Shown piece after piece: positions 61,805 to 64,000 of a DNA stretch of 64,000 bases. The notes below the pieces were generated by a model, which saw only the letters and a list, made by a program, of their open reading frames with translations, was not told the origin of the DNA and made no database searches. The stretch spans positions 208,178 to 272,177 of the forward strand of contig JAHQWG010000047.1 in the NCBI GenBank assembly GCA_029856045.1. Direction: 5' to 3'. Each line of letters opens with the position of its first letter. The stretch's first letter is position 1. This stretch comes from Promethearchaeia archaeon (GTDB taxonomy: Archaea > Asgardarchaeota > Lokiarchaeia > Sigyniarchaeales > SOKP01). The translations under genes were made by a program, and so were the position numbers.

Positions 61805-62077
61805 TTATGTCTTTCTGGTTGACTTAGCACGCTGTGAGATTCTATGTTTATGAATTGCACATGAAACACAATAATAAACTCTCTGCGTTGGACGTTGAAT
61901 TACTGCCCCAGCATCTCGAAGCTCTTTATATATACGACCATCTACTAAAGACACACGTTTTGTGACTTGTTTCGCTTTACTTCTAGGAATAAATCTGCCA
62001 CAGTTCGCACACTGCACTGTAGTGCTCTGTCCTTTGTGAGAGGCTGATTTTCCCCCGCTTTTTCGTTTTTTTGGCAA
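61805..62077 (-). CDS. rps26e: 30S ribosomal protein S26e (eS26)
   Basis: MPKKRKSGG, CANCGR.IPR.KA, YCVSCAIH. Confidence 0.95.
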   Translation of the reverse strand: MPKKRKSGGKSASHKGQSTTVQCANCGRFIPRSKAKQVTKRVSLVDGRIYKELRDAGAVIQRPTQRVYYCVSCAIHKHRISQRAKSTRKT

Positions 62078-62188
62078 TTTTTTTCTCTTATTCTCTTATT
62101 TCTCTTTAAATATCTTTTTTATTAAGATAAAAAATATGAATAAATATAATAATTTTATTAAATGGAAACTAAAATTCTTTACTTATTA

Positions 62189-62827
62189 TTAGGTATTTTC
62201 CATTTTTTTTAATTCTTTAAAAGCAAATAAGAGTCTTTGGAATACCGTTATTGTTAACAGTAGAATGAAAGTCCAGATAAATATAAAAAAGAATAATGAA
62301 TTCGTCGCATTAGTAAAGAAATAAACCCATGCTTCAATAATCATAGCGGCAAATAATAGAAGCATTCTCTCAGCTCGCTCCAAAAATCCAACTCCTTTCA
62401 TTTCCACGCCCTCATTTTCAGCTCGGCTACGAATATAACTAATCATTAAACTCAGGAAAAAACAAATAAATCCCATAAGGTAATCAATATACCCACCGTA
62501 AATAAATCCTAAAATAATTACAGCATCAGCTAACCTGTCTAAATTGGAATCCAAAAAAGCCCCGAATTGTGAAGCAGAATTAGTTTTTCGAGCAACTGCA
62601 CCATCAAAAACATCAAATGAGCCAGAGAGAAATAGTAAAAAAGGAGGAATCCACGCAAGCCATAAAGAAAGGTGTAAAAAATCAAATCCGAGAAAAATAG
62701 CACATGCTAAGGATAAAGAAAAACCCAGATATGATAATTTATTCGGGGAAATATTGTGTTTAATAAAAAAATTTACACGTTTTTCTATAAGGTTTTGAGC
62801 ATTTTGTCTGTATTTATTAAGTACCAT
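62189..62827 (-). CDS. CDP-alcohol phosphatidyltransferase (archaetidylinositol-phosphate synthase-like)
   Basis: DVFDGAVAR...GAFLDSNLDR, SYIRSRAE, G.LERAER. Confidence 0.9.
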   Translation of the reverse strand: MVLNKYRQNAQNLIEKRVNFFIKHNISPNKLSYLGFSLSLACAIFLGFDFLHLSLWLAWIPPFLLFLSGSFDVFDGAVARKTNSASQFGAFLDSNLDRLADAVIILGFIYGGYIDYLMGFICFFLSLMISYIRSRAENEGVEMKGVGFLERAERMLLLFAAMIIEAWVYFFTNATNSLFFFIFIWTFILLLTITVFQRLLFAFKELKKMENT

Positions 62828-62903
62828 TCTTATTAGATTCCAAAAAAGATTTTATTTCTTTTTATTGAATTAGATATATATATGGTATGGATCAGATTTT
62901 ATT

Positions 62904-63524
62904 TTAAGTTAACTTAAGATTTTTAATATTAGTAAAAGAATCAATAATTTGGAGCTTGATTAATTTTATTACCGAAGATGCTAAATATGATTGAGATGTC
63001 CCTAAACTCACACATGAAATTCCAGTATCTTTTAATTCCTTTGAATCAAGGAAATTTCCTAATTGGTTCCCGATGATGAATAAATAATTTTTATCTTTCT
63101 CAAATTTCTCTTGTGAGAATTCTGTACCTTTTTCATGTAAAATGTAGGCTTGGAATCCTTTTTTCCTTAATTTTTCAATAGCATCGAAAATATCGATATC
63201 GGTGATAATAACTCTATTTAAAGGATTTTTTTTTTTGCTTCCTTCATCTAAACCTTGGATTACCTTTACAAAATAATCCATAAATCTTAATTCGCTTATT
63301 GGGAAAATAACTTGCTGAAATAATTCGTATTTAAAGATATAGGTACCGTAATTGTCCAAAAATGCCCAAAATTCAACATTTTGTTCAAGCTCAAAATTAT
63401 TCAATAAAGCAGCTAAAGCACACCGGGTAATTACATCTAAACGCCCGGTAGAACCTGTTGGGTCTTTAAGTATATAATTACTTAGATTAATGGTTTCGGA
63501 TTTTATGAAAAAAACAGTTTTCAT
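62904..63524 (-). CDS. trmY: tRNA (pseudouridine-54-N1)-methyltransferase (SPOUT)
   Basis: GSTGRLDVITRC, LHEKG, FIIGNQ.G, VSLG..SYLASSVI. Confidence 0.8.
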   Translation of the reverse strand: MKTVFFIKSETINLSNYILKDPTGSTGRLDVITRCALAALLNNFELEQNVEFWAFLDNYGTYIFKYELFQQVIFPISELRFMDYFVKVIQGLDEGSKKKNPLNRVIITDIDIFDAIEKLRKKGFQAYILHEKGTEFSQEKFEKDKNYLFIIGNQLGNFLDSKELKDTGISCVSLGTSQSYLASSVIKLIKLQIIDSFTNIKNLKLT

Positions 63525-63627
63525 TAGATGGTTTCTTATAAGAGTTTAATATTAATAGATTTTTTTTCTAATATTATATTTTTTTTACTTATAATTATCA
63601 TTTAAGTATTCTTTTTTTAAGGAATTA

Positions 63628-63650
63628 GTGGGAAAGAAATGGGAAAAGTT
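63628..63650 (+). repeat. Second copy of the TGGGAA-N5-TGGGAA element (micro-ORF M/VGKKWEK..., 63628-63678)
   Basis: GTGGGAAAGAAATGGGAAAAGTT. Confidence 0.55.
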
Positions 63651-63886
63651 AATAAACGATAATTTCTTTTTTAATTAATAAGTTGGTGTTTAAGATCATG
63701 ATTTCAATTACTAAAGAAATTTATTATGGAAATCCGAAATCATTCTTGACTAGAACACTTCATAACCCGAGATTTATTACACACTATTAAAAATTTCATA
63801 TTAATAATAGTGTTGAAGTTATTTTATCCTTTTTTTCTTCAGCAAGATTTTTTTTTTATGATAATTTTTTTAAATGGTTTTTAAAT

Positions 63887-64000
63887 ATGATTAGAGTAGG
63901 TATTATGGGAGCAACCGGATATGTTGGAACAGAATTAGTTAGGATTTTATTACAACACCCAAAAGTAGAATTAAAAATATTAGCATCACAAAATTATATC
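63887..64000 (+). CDS. argC: N-acetyl-gamma-glutamyl-phosphate reductase ArgC/LysY (5' part only)
   Basis: MIRVGIMGATGYVGTELVRILLQHPKVEL. Confidence 0.85.
   Translation, partial: MIRVGIMGATGYVGTELVRILLQHPKVELKILASQNYI

Noticed and set aside
63628-63645. Eukaryotic CSL/RBPJ site (GTGGGAA)
   Set aside because: Short coincidental match; no such factor is evident in the window

Overview
Very AT-rich archaeal chromosomal segment. Archaeal AlaRS, DTD2, TrmY, eS26, FtsZ, a CFeSP gamma subunit and GGAG/GGTGA Shine-Dalgarno motifs, together with many bacterial-type metabolic genes, suggest an Asgard archaeon, probably Lokiarchaeia (inference). I saw no rRNA, tRNA, CRISPR array or intact mobile element. 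Contents: a DsrE/TusA pair; dnaK-dnaJ followed by a decayed clpB 5' end; an oxidative-stress cluster (OsmC, ferritin-like, desulfoferrodoxin, rubrerythrin, FTR-like, glutaredoxin, ferredoxin, two Cys-bearing Lrp paralogues); ftsZ; alaS; hutUHI plus formiminotransferase; an ABC exporter; RNase Z; a ubiquitin-like protein; tyrosine phenol-lyase; type II pantothenate kinase; fumarase subunits; a PIN-TPR protein; rps26e; trmY; and the start of argC. The most interesting signals lie in gaps the ORF track missed. (1) A large TPR protein is followed by a 36-aa gene with its own SD and terminator, encoding a signal peptide plus a 12-residue mature peptide. This is the receptor/propeptide layout of RRNPP quorum sensing. 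(2) The redox cluster holds a small ORF with an in-frame C-x-x-UGA, whose stop codon sits inside a three-way-junction RNA. (3) A 22-nt element, also readable as an MG[RK][RK]WE[RK] micro-ORF, recurs upstream of tpl and argC. (4) A 45-aa mini-OppB consists only of the permease's two ends. (5) Three genes appear to start at ATT. All family assignments are by motif recognition from memory, not database searches.
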